Below, piece by piece: positions 19,367-29,453 of a stretch of DNA of 64,000 nt. How positions within the stretch are numbered: position 1 is the first letter of the stretch; every line of letters begins with the position of its first letter. Location of the stretch: assembly GCA_044376115.1 (NCBI GenBank), contig JBILLK010000029.1, positions 32,001 through 96,000 of the forward strand, in the 5' to 3' direction. The stretch comes from Polyangiaceae bacterium. GTDB taxonomy: Bacteria; Myxococcota_A; Polyangia; Polyangiales; Polyangiaceae. The notes under the pieces were generated by a model. It had not been told where the DNA came from and did no database searches. It was given only the letters and a program-made list of their open reading frames with translations. A program made the translations under genes and the position numbers.

Positions 19367-19975
19367 GTGGAGGTACCCGGATTCCCGCGTCTGTCGAAGT
19401 ACCTCGCCGTGCTTCCGAATGGGTTCTCCTCCTACCCGGAATGCCGTTCCAAAGGCGTGCTGCTCACCAGTGCGCTGGCCGAAGTCCCACGGCACGAGAG
19501 CTGGAACCGACTTCCTTCCGTCGTTCAGGAGGCGATCGAGCATCAGCCGTTAGCCACCGAGTGGGTCTCCACCGTGCTCAGCAATTCGGTGCAGTTCGCG
19601 GTAGCCGACACGTACTATCCGAGCGACGAACAGGTGCTGGCCTGGAATCGCAAACGGACGCAACTAGTAGCGAGCTCGACGTCCTACCGCGCGCTCGTGC
19701 AGCTCACCGGGGTGAAGCTCCTGCTACGAGCCGCGGTGCGCATCCACGCGATGTTTCAGCAGGGCACCGATTTGCGGGTGGAGTGGATCACCGAGACCGA
19801 GGCGCACCTATTCGTCGAGCACCCGCCCCACTTGCAAGGCGGCGCTTCGCACTTGGCCAATGAAGCCGTGTTTGGCGCGATGTTGGAGAAGGCGGGCGGT
19901 CACGAAGTGAAGGTGGCGATGATCGAATCGAGTCCGCGCAGGGCCGTATACCGCGCGAGCTGGCGCGACCTATAG
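19367..19975 (+). CDS. Myxobacterial hypothetical protein (possibly DUF2378-like)
   Basis: 202-aa ORF ending ...VYRASW; extended -10 box upstream; family call tentative. Confidence 0.6.
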   Translation: MEVPGFPRLSKYLAVLPNGFSSYPECRSKGVLLTSALAEVPRHESWNRLPSVVQEAIEHQPLATEWVSTVLSNSVQFAVADTYYPSDEQVLAWNRKRTQLVASSTSYRALVQLTGVKLLLRAAVRIHAMFQQGTDLRVEWITETEAHLFVEHPPHLQGGASHLANEAVFGAMLEKAGGHEVKVAMIESSPRRAVYRASWRDL

Positions 19976-20029
19976 CGTCTGTGCAGCGCGCCGCTCGCCC
20001 AGCCAGGCTCGCGCGTGGTAGCGTCGCGC

Positions 20030-20734
20030 GTGCTCGAGGCCTCGAAACTTAGGAAGCAATACGGCGATTTCGTCGCGCTACAGGGGCTTGATCTGCGCGT
20101 CGAGGCGGGCGAGGTGTACTGCCTCCTGGGCGCCAACGGCGCAGGCAAGACCACCACCATTCAGCTCTTTCTCGGCTTCATCGAACCGAGCTCAGGCCAG
20201 GTCCGGATCGCAGGTCTGGACGTGCAACGTGAGCCGCTCGAGACCAAGCGCAAGACGGCCTACATCCCCGAGAATGTGATGCTCTACCCGAACCTCAGCG
20301 GGCTGGAGAACCTCAGCTTCTTCGCAGCGCTCGCCGGTCGCGGCGAGGTACCGGAGACCACGCTGCGCGAAACGTTGGCGCGCGTTGGTCTCGCCAAAGA
20401 GGCCGCGGATCGACGCGTAGGAACGTACTCCAAGGGCATGCGCCAGAAGGTAGGGATCGCCTTGGCGCTGGTGAAGGAGGCCCGCGCGCTGCTGCTCGAC
20501 GAGCCGACGAGCGGGCTTGATCCCAAGGCCTCCAACGAGTTTTCGGAGCTGCTTTTGCGCGTCAAGGATGAGGGCGTGGCCGTGCTGATGGCCACCCACG
20601 ACATCTTCCGCTCCAAGGCGGTCGGCGACCGCGTCGGCATCATGAAGCAAGGCGAGCTCGTGCAACAACTGGCGATGAACGAGGTCAGCGAGCTCGACCT
20701 CGAGCGCATCTACCTCGACCACATGAGCGAATGA
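20030..20734 (+). CDS. ABC transporter ATP-binding protein
   Basis: GANGAGKTT, YSKGMRQK, LLLDEPT, ATHD; start GTG 20030 (VLEASKL). Confidence 0.95.
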   Translation: MLEASKLRKQYGDFVALQGLDLRVEAGEVYCLLGANGAGKTTTIQLFLGFIEPSSGQVRIAGLDVQREPLETKRKTAYIPENVMLYPNLSGLENLSFFAALAGRGEVPETTLRETLARVGLAKEAADRRVGTYSKGMRQKVGIALALVKEARALLLDEPTSGLDPKASNEFSELLLRVKDEGVAVLMATHDIFRSKAVGDRVGIMKQGELVQQLAMNEVSELDLERIYLDHMSE

Positions 20735-22170
20735 GTACGTCGACCCTCAACGTGCTTCGCCATTTGGTGCGTAAAGAGCTGCGTGAGCTGCTGCGTGACG
20801 GTCGCTTCTGGCTCGCTGGACTCGCGGTTGCGGGCCTGCTGAGCGCAGCGCTAGCGGTCGGGCTCAAACAGCAGCAGAGCCTCGCGCGTGAACATGCGCT
20901 GGCGCAAGCCAGCGCCCAGCAACAGTTCTTGTCGCAGGACGAGAAGAACCCGCACGAGGCGGCGCACTACGGCACCTACGTATTCAAACCCGTGGGGCTG
21001 CTCGGCTTCATTGACCCAGGCGTGGAACCGTATGTTGGCAGCTCGATTCGACTGGTGGCGCACGCGCGCAACGCGCCTGAAGGCGCACGCGCCGCTGAGT
21101 CGGCATCGTTTGGCAGGCTCGGCCAATTGAGCGTGGCTGCGGTACTTCAGCTGCTCGTACCGCTGCTGCTCCTGGTGCTCGGCTTCTCGACCTGGACGCT
21201 CGAGCGAGAGCGCGGCACCTTGCGTTTGTTGCTCTCGCTCGGTCGTAAGCCGAGCACGCTCTTCGTCGGCAAACTGCTCGGGCTGTTCGTTGCCCTGGCT
21301 TGTTTGCTGCTCCCGGCGCTGCTCGCCTTCGGCTTGGTGCTGATCGTGCTCGCGGAAGGGCCAAGCCCGCTCGATCGCTTGGCCGGGCTGGGTCTCGTCT
21401 ACGGCCTGGCCTTGGCGACGTTCCTTTTCCTTGCGGTGGGCATCTCGGCGCGAGCCACGTCCTCGCGCAGTGCGCTGGTGAACGTGCTCGCGTTGTGGGT
21501 GGGCATGGCGCTGGTGCTGCCGCGCGTCGCCAACTCGGTGGCCGAGCTTGCGGCGCCGGTGCTCGATCGCGAGGGCTTCGAGCGTGAGGTGGTCGCTCGG
21601 ATGGCGTCCGGTCTACCCGGTCAGGGCGGGCGCGAGGCGCGCGTCTCCGCGATCACCGAGGCGCTTCTCGAACGCGAGGGCTTCGCGGGCGCCGAGACGC
21701 TGATGGACCCGTCGCTGCTCGCGGGGCTCGAGCTTCAGGCCGAGGCGCAATACGAAAACGAGGTCCTAGACCAGCTGCACGCCGAGCGCGCCCAACAGCT
21801 CGAGCGCCGCGAGCAGCTGCTGCGTTGGTTCTCGTTGGCCGCACCGCCCCTGGCGCTGCAATCGAGTTCGGCGGCGCTGGCGGGGACCAACCACGCGCAT
21901 CATCGTCACTTCGCCGACGCGGCGGAACAACATCGCCGCGCGCTGATCGAGATGCTGAATCGCGCCTTCGCCGAGAGCGGCGGAGCCGACGGCTGGAGCT
22001 ACCGCGCGGGGCGCGAAACCTGGGCTAAAGCCCCGACCTTCGACTATCAGCCGCCGACGCTCAGCTGGTCGCTGGCCTCGCAACGCGTGCAGTTGGTAAG
22101 CCTCGGGCTTTGGTGCGTCGGCTCGCTGGTGTTTGCGGCCTGGGCATCTTCACGTGTGAAGGCCGTCTGA
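20731..22170 (+). CDS. ABC-2 type permease (DUF3526 family)
   Basis: KNPHEAAHYGTYVFKP, ERERGTLRLLLS; ATGA coupling to the ATPase gene. Confidence 0.88.
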   Translation: MSTSTLNVLRHLVRKELRELLRDGRFWLAGLAVAGLLSAALAVGLKQQQSLAREHALAQASAQQQFLSQDEKNPHEAAHYGTYVFKPVGLLGFIDPGVEPYVGSSIRLVAHARNAPEGARAAESASFGRLGQLSVAAVLQLLVPLLLLVLGFSTWTLERERGTLRLLLSLGRKPSTLFVGKLLGLFVALACLLLPALLAFGLVLIVLAEGPSPLDRLAGLGLVYGLALATFLFLAVGISARATSSRSALVNVLALWVGMALVLPRVANSVAELAAPVLDREGFEREVVARMASGLPGQGGREARVSAITEALLEREGFAGAETLMDPSLLAGLELQAEAQYENEVLDQLHAERAQQLERREQLLRWFSLAAPPLALQSSSAALAGTNHAHHRHFADAAEQHRRALIEMLNRAFAESGGADGWSYRAGRETWAKAPTFDYQPPTLSWSLASQRVQLVSLGLWCVGSLVFAAWASSRVKAV

Positions 22171-23516
22171 TGCTTTGGCTCGCCGCCCGCCTCGAGTGGA
22201 AGAACCTGCTCCGTGAACGCGTCTTCTGGATCGCGATTGCGCTCTTTTCCAGCCTGGTGGCGCTCGCCGCAGCGGCCACTCGGCAAGAGCTCGCGCAGCA
22301 AGCTCGAGCGCAGGAGAGCAGCCTGCGAGCCGAGCGCAAAAACCTTGAACAACTCAAGCGCGAGCTGCCGTCCGACACCTTGCGCGTCGGGCAAGAGCTA
22401 CTGCCGCGCCTTGCCATCGTACCGAACGCAGCGCTCGCCCCGGTCGCGCTCGGGCAGCGCCAACTGCAACCGCAGACCGTCAAGCTCACCACCCAACCGC
22501 AGAGCCATGAAGGCGCGCAATTGGAGGCTTTTGCCGCCGCCACCGGCCCTTTCGATCTGGCGTTTCTGCTCGTCTACTTGCTGCCGCTGCTAGTGATCGG
22601 AGCTTCGTTCGACCTGCTCGCGCGCGAGCGAGAACAGGGCACCTTGGCGCTCGTGCTTTCGCAACCGATCGCGCTGACCACTTTTCTGCTCGGCAAGGCG
22701 CTCACGCGCATGGCGACGCTGCTGGGAGTGACGCTGCTCGTTACGCTGCTGGGGGCGTTGGCAGCAGGCGCGCAGTTGGGCAGCGCCGCAGCGCTCGGCG
22801 CCCTCGCGCTCTATACGCTGCTGTGCGCCTGCTACACGGCGTTCTGGTTTGCGCTCGCCTTGCTGGTCAACGCCTACGGTCGATCGTCGGCGGCCAACGC
22901 GCTGAGCCTGATGGTGTTGTGGCTCGGTCTGGTGGTGATCATCCCCGGGCTCGCGAGCGTTTTCGTAGAGGACGTCAAAGCTGGGCCGTCGCGCAGCGAG
23001 CTCGTCACCGCCTCGCGCGACGCAGCACGCGAGAGTCAGCAACGGCTGAAGCAAGCCGAGGGCAATCACGGTAAGAGCTCACTTTCGGCGCTGGACGTAT
23101 TGGCTACCCAGCGGGAGCTGGAGAACGAGGTCGCGCCCCTCGTGCGCGCCTTCAATGAGCGACGCAGCAGCGAGCAGCAGCGCATCGACAAGCTGCGCTT
23201 CAGCTCGCCCGCCCTGCTGATGAATGAGGCCCTTTCCGATCTCTCCGGCCACGGCGTCGCGCGCCAACGCCACTTCGAACGCGAGCAAGGCCGCTTTCAC
23301 GAGCTGCTGCGGAGCTTCTTCGAGCAGCGTCTCCAAGCCGAGGCCCCGCTCGCGGCGGCCGACTACGACGCGATGCCGGAGTACCGCTGGGTCGAGCCCA
23401 GCGCCCAGCCGATGGTGATACGTGTCCTCTCGGCCATCCTCGCGCTCACCGCCGCAGCAGCGGGCTTGTTCGCGTGGGCCATGCGTAGGTTGCGCAGCCC
23501 CGTCGCGCTAGGGTGA
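22170..23516 (+). CDS. ABC-2 type permease (DUF3526 family), second subunit
   Basis: GPFDLAFLLVYLLPL, EREQGTLALVLSQP; TGATG coupling. Confidence 0.88.
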   Translation: MLWLAARLEWKNLLRERVFWIAIALFSSLVALAAAATRQELAQQARAQESSLRAERKNLEQLKRELPSDTLRVGQELLPRLAIVPNAALAPVALGQRQLQPQTVKLTTQPQSHEGAQLEAFAAATGPFDLAFLLVYLLPLLVIGASFDLLAREREQGTLALVLSQPIALTTFLLGKALTRMATLLGVTLLVTLLGALAAGAQLGSAAALGALALYTLLCACYTAFWFALALLVNAYGRSSAANALSLMVLWLGLVVIIPGLASVFVEDVKAGPSRSELVTASRDAARESQQRLKQAEGNHGKSSLSALDVLATQRELENEVAPLVRAFNERRSSEQQRIDKLRFSSPALLMNEALSDLSGHGVARQRHFEREQGRFHELLRSFFEQRLQAEAPLAAADYDAMPEYRWVEPSAQPMVIRVLSAILALTAAAAGLFAWAMRRLRSPVALG

Positions 23517-23613
23517 GGGCCAGCCGCTCTGTAGGACACCGCTACTTGGCCAATCGGAGAGGAGCCGCAAAAAACGTGCGCAACGAGCTTCTGCCGTTAG
23601 GCTTGGATAACCC

Positions 23614-24963
23614 ATGCGAGCCCCCCCGCCAGAAGTCAGCGAACAGCCCGCCGCGAGACTCGGTCGAGCGTTGCTGTACGGCACCGTGTGGTCGGTCTTT
23701 ACAGTGGTATCGGTCTATACCGTTATGGCTCACGCCAGCCGACGGCACGAACTCATGCTCGCTGCTTTCGTCGCCGGCTTTCTACTACTTGCGGCACTGT
23801 CTCGCGCCGTGCTTGGGCCTCATGCTGCCAGGGCCGCCGCGTTCGCATTTGCGCCGATGGTCGTGATCGCGTTTGGCAGCTCGCGAACGGCGCAGAACAC
23901 CATCGTGTTTGGCTTTGGTGATTGGTGCGGTACCGGCCGCCTGAATGACGCCATCGTCTCCGCCTCGATGGCGCTGCCGATGGGCCTGTGCTCCATGGGC
24001 CTCTGGTATTTCCTCCGCATGCCCAGCCGGCAAAGGAGGTCAACCGGCCTGACTGCTCGACCGTACATTCTCATGTTAGTTGCGGCAGCACTTGGGCTCG
24101 GTGCAGTACTCGCAGCGGTTCGCGCTGGGACTCGTGCATCTGTCCAGGAGCTGCGGGCTGATAGTACGCAGCTCGAGTTGATCCCGATCGAGGAGTTGCG
24201 CTCGAGGGTGATTGAAAGCAATAGCGGTTTTGCGCTCGAGCTCAGCTGTACCAACGGGCGTTGGATGGATCCACAGCTCGCGGTGCCTGTGAATCGGCTT
24301 GGTTGCGTGGTGTCTCTGCCGCAGCCGATGGCGGTGGGCAAGCGGAGTGCGTTCAACGGGCCCCCAGCGCCATCCGCACCTCCTTCGACTCCGGTGCAGG
24401 TTGGCGACGAGATCGCGATCGAGCGCGGCCTCGATGGGCGCGTGTGGAGGATTGACGTGCTTCGGGCTGGAGCTCAAAACCGCGGAGAAACAGCGCCATT
24501 GGCTGTACTGCTCGACGGCGCCCGGGTTCCATACGTACGAGCGGGGCAACTTGCTCCCGCGCTGGGACCTCGCCCCCCCATCGCTATGCTCGGCGCCCTC
24601 GCCTGCCTGCCGCTCCTCGCGCTGATCGGCTGGGTCGTGCGCTCGCGTCGTCGCATTGCCACGGTGATGGGCGGTCGTGAAGGCGAGCTCGACGCTGAAG
24701 GGCGTGTGCGCCTCGGCAGCGATTACCTACCGCTCGCAGCGGGCCTCCGCGGGATGGAGCCGGGGCCCGTCGTGGTCCTACGCTGCGTGGAGAGTGAGCA
24801 TTACCGCGCCACCCAATCGGTCAGCGAGCTACTACCCGGCACCCAGGATGAACTCGTCCAACACGAGGTCGAGGTTCGCAAAGAGTGGACGACGGTCGTC
24901 GTGGTCGCGGCCGCCGTCCTCGCGGCGCCGCTCGTCGCAGCCGCCACGCTCGGACTGCTTTAG
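23614..24963 (+). CDS. Multi-pass membrane hypothetical protein
   Basis: Several TM helices, WCGTG motif, C-terminal HYRA motif. Confidence 0.7.
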   Translation: MRAPPPEVSEQPAARLGRALLYGTVWSVFTVVSVYTVMAHASRRHELMLAAFVAGFLLLAALSRAVLGPHAARAAAFAFAPMVVIAFGSSRTAQNTIVFGFGDWCGTGRLNDAIVSASMALPMGLCSMGLWYFLRMPSRQRRSTGLTARPYILMLVAAALGLGAVLAAVRAGTRASVQELRADSTQLELIPIEELRSRVIESNSGFALELSCTNGRWMDPQLAVPVNRLGCVVSLPQPMAVGKRSAFNGPPAPSAPPSTPVQVGDEIAIERGLDGRVWRIDVLRAGAQNRGETAPLAVLLDGARVPYVRAGQLAPALGPRPPIAMLGALACLPLLALIGWVVRSRRRIATVMGGREGELDAEGRVRLGSDYLPLAAGLRGMEPGPVVVLRCVESEHYRATQSVSELLPGTQDELVQHEVEVRKEWTTVVVVAAAVLAAPLVAAATLGLL

Positions 24964-25077
24964 CAATCACCGCCCACTGCACGCTGTAGATCGACTAGTA
25001 GCAATTCTTTGAGGAACTCTTAGCCCAGACCGACTTGCGCTCGCGCACAAAAGCCTTCACACCGTCGATGCAACGCT

Positions 25078-25467
25078 ATGGTCAACGCCTGCCGAACGTA
25101 CGCTTTCACGATGCTCCTTGGGCTTCCCCTGCACCTAGGCTGCGTGAGCGAGAGTGAGCGAGAAGCCGAAGCCGACAGCTCGCTGCAGGCACCGTATCTC
25201 GACACGGTCGCGGCGATGCACGGGGCGCTCCACGTGTTTTGGACAAACGAAACGCTCAATTGCGACGCCATTGAGGTCGAGCGCTCAACGGCAGACCAGC
25301 CCTACGAGGTCATCGCCGCTGTGGAGTCCGACGTGGAGGACCTCGCCGATGACGACGCCACCGACCCGTCCATTCTCTACAGCTATCGGCTTCGTTGTCG
25401 GAAGGGTGATCTCTACTCGCCCTACTCCAATGAAGACGCCCGCTCCCCCAAAGCTGACGACTCCTGA
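25078..25467 (+). CDS. Fibronectin type III-like lipoprotein
   Basis: Lipobox HLGC; LHVFW...IEVERS...YSYRLRC...YSPYSNE. Confidence 0.75.
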   Translation: MVNACRTYAFTMLLGLPLHLGCVSESEREAEADSSLQAPYLDTVAAMHGALHVFWTNETLNCDAIEVERSTADQPYEVIAAVESDVEDLADDDATDPSILYSYRLRCRKGDLYSPYSNEDARSPKADDS

Positions 25468-25482
25468 ACCCGAGACCTCAAT

Positions 25483-26655
25483 ATGACCCAACGCCCGCTC
25501 GTCGGTATCGCGCTTTTGATTGCAGCTTGCGACTCGGAATCGACGTCGACTGAGCCAGAAGCAGACTCTTGCGAGTCGAACGCTGATTGCAGCTCGTCCC
25601 AACCTTATTGCGAGCCCGCGAGCAACGCTTGCATTGCCGCTCCGCCCGGCTCCGAGCTCGGCTTGGGGGATGGCAGTGCCCAGTCGGTCACCTTCACCGT
25701 TATTCTCGAGGACAAAGTCCTCAAACGTCCGGTCGACCTCGGCTTCGACCCTAGCTATCCCAACCGCCTGTGGGTCATCAATCGGCAAGACGACAGCGTG
25801 GTCGTGATCACCAACCCCGGGACACCGGCGATGAGCTTCGACCGCATCAAGGACCCGGCTGCGGCACACTTCATGGCCTCGCCCCCCGCCTTCGAGTTTG
25901 GAGCGGTGGACGAGACGTACGGTCAGACCTTCGGGATCTGCGGCGACGGTAACAATGGCGGGGACAACTTCATGGGCCCCGCACTGTTCTCCTCGGAGCT
26001 CGACGTGTTTGCGACGCAGAACGAGGTAACCGGGCTCGGCTCGCATCTCGACATGCTGCACTCGACCACCTTCTGCAAAGGCATCGCGCACGTCGACGCG
26101 AACCGTTACTTCGCGTTCAACGGCAAGAAAGGGTCAATCGACCTCTATGACTTTGCCGACGACCACGGACCTGGCTTCGACGATCACTCGGACGGGCACA
26201 TCTTTCGCTACGTCGAGGGCTGGGTGAGCGGAGTGGAGGAGGTCTCCAGCCACCTCGACTACGACCCGACGACGAAGCTCCTCTACATTGCTGACACCGG
26301 CAACCAACGGGTGCTCGCGCTGGACACGACCACTGGAACGCAAGGCGATAGCTTCGGTGGCCTCGAGGAGGTCGAGACGCGCATCGAGATGGTCGATGCC
26401 GAGCTTGGGGAATTGGTCGGACCGGAGAAGGTGCAGAGCCCGAGCGGCGTGGAAGTACGCGGGGACGTGATCTTCGTTTCCGACAGCGCCACGAGTAAGT
26501 TCCACGCCTTCAGTCGGTCGGGTGAGGAGCTCCGCAGCCTCGCTACCAACCTCGACATTGGCTCAATCGGCGGCTTCACCTTCGGTCCGGACAACAAGCT
26601 CTACTTCGTCGACATCCTTGGTGGGCGGGTGCTGCGCGTCGACCCGCTGCGCTGA
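25483..26655 (+). CDS. Beta-propeller (NHL-like) lipoprotein
   Basis: Lipobox IAAC, small Cys module, LYIADTGNQRVL, PSGVEV, FTFGPDNKLYFVD. Confidence 0.8.
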   Translation: MTQRPLVGIALLIAACDSESTSTEPEADSCESNADCSSSQPYCEPASNACIAAPPGSELGLGDGSAQSVTFTVILEDKVLKRPVDLGFDPSYPNRLWVINRQDDSVVVITNPGTPAMSFDRIKDPAAAHFMASPPAFEFGAVDETYGQTFGICGDGNNGGDNFMGPALFSSELDVFATQNEVTGLGSHLDMLHSTTFCKGIAHVDANRYFAFNGKKGSIDLYDFADDHGPGFDDHSDGHIFRYVEGWVSGVEEVSSHLDYDPTTKLLYIADTGNQRVLALDTTTGTQGDSFGGLEEVETRIEMVDAELGELVGPEKVQSPSGVEVRGDVIFVSDSATSKFHAFSRSGEELRSLATNLDIGSIGGFTFGPDNKLYFVDILGGRVLRVDPLR

Positions 26656-26709
26656 CCGCGAGAGCGGGTAGCGGGCACCATCGGCTCGACCCACCACCGG
26701 CTCGACCCA

Positions 26710-27456
26710 CTAGCGACTGGCGCCAAAGCGTTGCCGCACGAAGCTTAGGGTCTCGTCGAGTTGGGCCTCACTCAACATAGGCGACATCGCCGGCATGGTA
26801 CCAATTGTGCCGGAACGGCCCTGCATCAGGCTGCGCATGAGTTCGGCGTCGGACTTGTCGAGCACGCCAGGTGAGGACGTGAAGTCAGCCGCCGCCCGTC
26901 CGTTGAGGCCGCGACCATCCGCCTGATGACAGGCCTGGCAGTGCTGCTCGTACAGCCGTTGTCCGGCGCTGGGAGCAACCGTCTCCGCCGGTGGAGCGGC
27001 GGCCGGTAGACCAATGCCGCGAGCCATCATCGCCGCACAGAAAATGGCACCGATAAGGCAGGGAAGCTGCCAGGCGGCGAAGCTAAACATGCGTTCGATC
27101 TGGCCGGGTTTCGGCTCGACGGGGAGCTTGCGGCTCACTCGAAAGTGCCACGGCAGCACGACGTATTGCGGATAGATCTCGAGCAGGAAGGCAAGCGCGA
27201 GCAGCCCCATCTTGGTCCAGAAGACGTGGTTCGCGGTGTAGAACGAAAGCGGCTTCTCGAGCTCGCCGAACAAGCGATAGAGCCCCGCGCCATACAGCGC
27301 GATCGCAGCGATCCCGTTGCCGTTATCGGCAAATCGAATGGCATCCACGTCGCGCCGCCGCAGCGCCACGAGCCGCAACGCCGAGAAGGCCATAACACCG
27401 GCGATGCCGACGACATGGCCAGCAGAGATGAGCGCGGAGACGAGCTGCGTGGCCAT
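26710..27456 (-). CDS. DUF2214-like membrane domain fused to class I cytochrome c
   Basis: EKPLSFYTANHVFWTKM TM domain; CQACH heme motif and MP axial ligand. Confidence 0.8.
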   Translation of the reverse strand: MATQLVSALISAGHVVGIAGVMAFSALRLVALRRRDVDAIRFADNGNGIAAIALYGAGLYRLFGELEKPLSFYTANHVFWTKMGLLALAFLLEIYPQYVVLPWHFRVSRKLPVEPKPGQIERMFSFAAWQLPCLIGAIFCAAMMARGIGLPAAAPPAETVAPSAGQRLYEQHCQACHQADGRGLNGRAAADFTSSPGVLDKSDAELMRSLMQGRSGTIGTMPAMSPMLSEAQLDETLSFVRQRFGASR

Positions 27457-27507
27457 CGGGCCGAAGCTATCATTCGCAAAGTAGGTCGCAACAGCGACCG
27501 ATGACCA

Positions 27508-28647
27508 TCACGGCTTCGATACGAGGTCAAGCGAGCGCGAGCCGCGCAGCAACAGCGTAAAGACCAGCACACCGAGCACGCCCATCGCCGATACACCGCC
27601 CATCCACTTCGCAAAGTTGGTGTGGGCGCGTCCATTGACGGCGTACCAGCGCGCCCCGTCTTCGGGCAACGCTGCGGCGTCGAAGGCGAAGTCCTCGTCG
27701 AAGTCTTCAGCGCATATGTACTCGTAACGAACGGAGCCGGTGATGTCCTTGGCCTCGACGTGGCAACGCCCATACGTCTGGTGAACGCTCAACGATACGT
27801 GCGTCTCTGGTTTGAACACCGCGAGGACGATCACCAGCGTGGCAAAGTACAAGACCGTCATTGCGTGCAGCACCGTGTCCTGGCGCGTCCGCTCGTTCGC
27901 CATGACCGACCGTCGCCGCCAGCCCAGCATTGCCAGCGTCGCATAAAGCGCGGTCACGACCACGAGACCTCGAATCCCCGGGACCCCTCCGTCGAGCTGC
28001 TGCAGCACCGTCATCTGCAGCATCATGATGAGCGAGCTCAGGCCCGCCACGAGCCCCAGCCCGAGCAGCGCAGTTCGAGGTTTGACGCTCGGATCGCGAT
28101 CGATCGCGCGGTTGACGAGGTAGGAGAACGCGGCCACGAAGGTGATCACCCAAACGGTGCTGCCAATGGGGGCGCCCAGAATGCGCTGGAGAATGGGCCG
28201 GTCGGTGTCATGCCAGGTCCACCACATGAACTTTGCGCCCACGACATCGTACGGCGCATAAAAGACAATGGCGGCGAGCCCTGTGAGCGCAGCGCGGGCC
28301 AACGGCGGCAGACCGAGACGCCACACCGACACCGTCGGGTAATACATGAAGCATACGTAAACGCAGGGAATGTAGAACGGCAGTCGCGCCGTGATCATCA
28401 CCGTCGCCTGGGCCTGCCAGAAGTTGTCGACGAGCGGTAAGGCCATGAAGATGACGTCGTTGGCCGTCCCAGCGATCAGTGCGCCCAACCAAACGAGCAA
28501 GTGCCGCCGACCACTCTTGCTCGCGTGGTAAAGCGCTACAGCCGCGCACAATATAAATAGATATTCACCGATGACGAAGGACGGCTGAACCGCCCACTTA
28601 TCAAGGGGGCTCGTCAAATGCTTGTACGGGATGACCTCGGGTGCCAT
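27508..28647 (-). CDS. Multi-pass membrane protein (DUF7802-like; resembles CruF/carotenoid-hydratase fold)
   Basis: DNFWQAQ..RLPFYIP and YDVVGAKFMWWTWH..GAP motifs; TGATG coupling to the desaturase. Confidence 0.65.
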   Translation of the reverse strand: MAPEVIPYKHLTSPLDKWAVQPSFVIGEYLFILCAAVALYHASKSGRRHLLVWLGALIAGTANDVIFMALPLVDNFWQAQATVMITARLPFYIPCVYVCFMYYPTVSVWRLGLPPLARAALTGLAAIVFYAPYDVVGAKFMWWTWHDTDRPILQRILGAPIGSTVWVITFVAAFSYLVNRAIDRDPSVKPRTALLGLGLVAGLSSLIMMLQMTVLQQLDGGVPGIRGLVVVTALYATLAMLGWRRRSVMANERTRQDTVLHAMTVLYFATLVIVLAVFKPETHVSLSVHQTYGRCHVEAKDITGSVRYEYICAEDFDEDFAFDAAALPEDGARWYAVNGRAHTNFAKWMGGVSAMGVLGVLVFTLLLRGSRSLDLVSKP

Positions 28648-29450
28648 CAGTATTGGACGAACTCGTCGCTCAGTTTTTCGGCTGACTCGCGCGGACGCTC
28701 GCCCCTACCGCCGAACACCTCAGCACCGTAGCGTCGATTCACCCGGCGCAGCGTGCCGTGCATGCGGTCCCACAGCGTGAGGTGCTGCCCGAAGTTGCAA
28801 TGAAAGTGCACGTGGTGATCGTCGTGAAACATCGACGGCCCTTGCCAGGGGATCTTGGAGGTGAGCCGCACACCGGAGTGGTCGATGATGTTGAAGATCA
28901 AGACGTACATGAGCACGACGATGATCGACACGTAGTGAAACGGGATGATGAACAGGGGGAGGAAGGTCACGCCCTGGAAGATCAGAAACTCCACCGGGTG
29001 CATCGCTGTCACGACGAAGGGTGTCGGCGCGAGGAACTTGTGGTGCCAGCGATGGATGTAGCGAAACACGAGCTTGTGATGCAGCGCACGGTGCGCGTAG
29101 TAAGCGAGGCCATCCATCAGGATGAAGAGGAGGATCGTCGTCGCGATGGTGTAGAGCCAGCCGCGTTCAGCAACTTGATAGTAGATAGGCGTCTTCCAGC
29201 CACGCGTGAGGAAGTAGACGAGCGTGCCGGAGATGACCCCGCCGATGCTGAGGTTCAACGTCGCGAGCGCCATCGCCTGCTGCTGTTGCCCAGGCCGCAG
29301 AAAGCGCGCAGGCTGACACTTCCAAGTCTCGGGCTCTCCGGCGCGAGCGCGGTAATAACGCAGGTGGTAGTAGCCGCCGACAATCCAGAGGATGGCGACG
29401 CCAGCCATGACCGAGGCCGCAACGATCCCGCCCCAGGCCGCCCAGTCCAT
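28647..29450 (-). CDS. Sterol desaturase / fatty-acid hydroxylase superfamily enzyme (C5-desaturase-like)
   Basis: His boxes HRALH, HRWHH, H...HDDHH; HPVE; NFGQ..WDRMHGT. Confidence 0.9.
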   Translation of the reverse strand: MDWAAWGGIVAASVMAGVAILWIVGGYYHLRYYRARAGEPETWKCQPARFLRPGQQQQAMALATLNLSIGGVISGTLVYFLTRGWKTPIYYQVAERGWLYTIATTILLFILMDGLAYYAHRALHHKLVFRYIHRWHHKFLAPTPFVVTAMHPVEFLIFQGVTFLPLFIIPFHYVSIIVVLMYVLIFNIIDHSGVRLTSKIPWQGPSMFHDDHHVHFHCNFGQHLTLWDRMHGTLRRVNRRYGAEVFGGRGERPRESAEKLSDEFVQY

Positions 29451-29453
29451 ACC

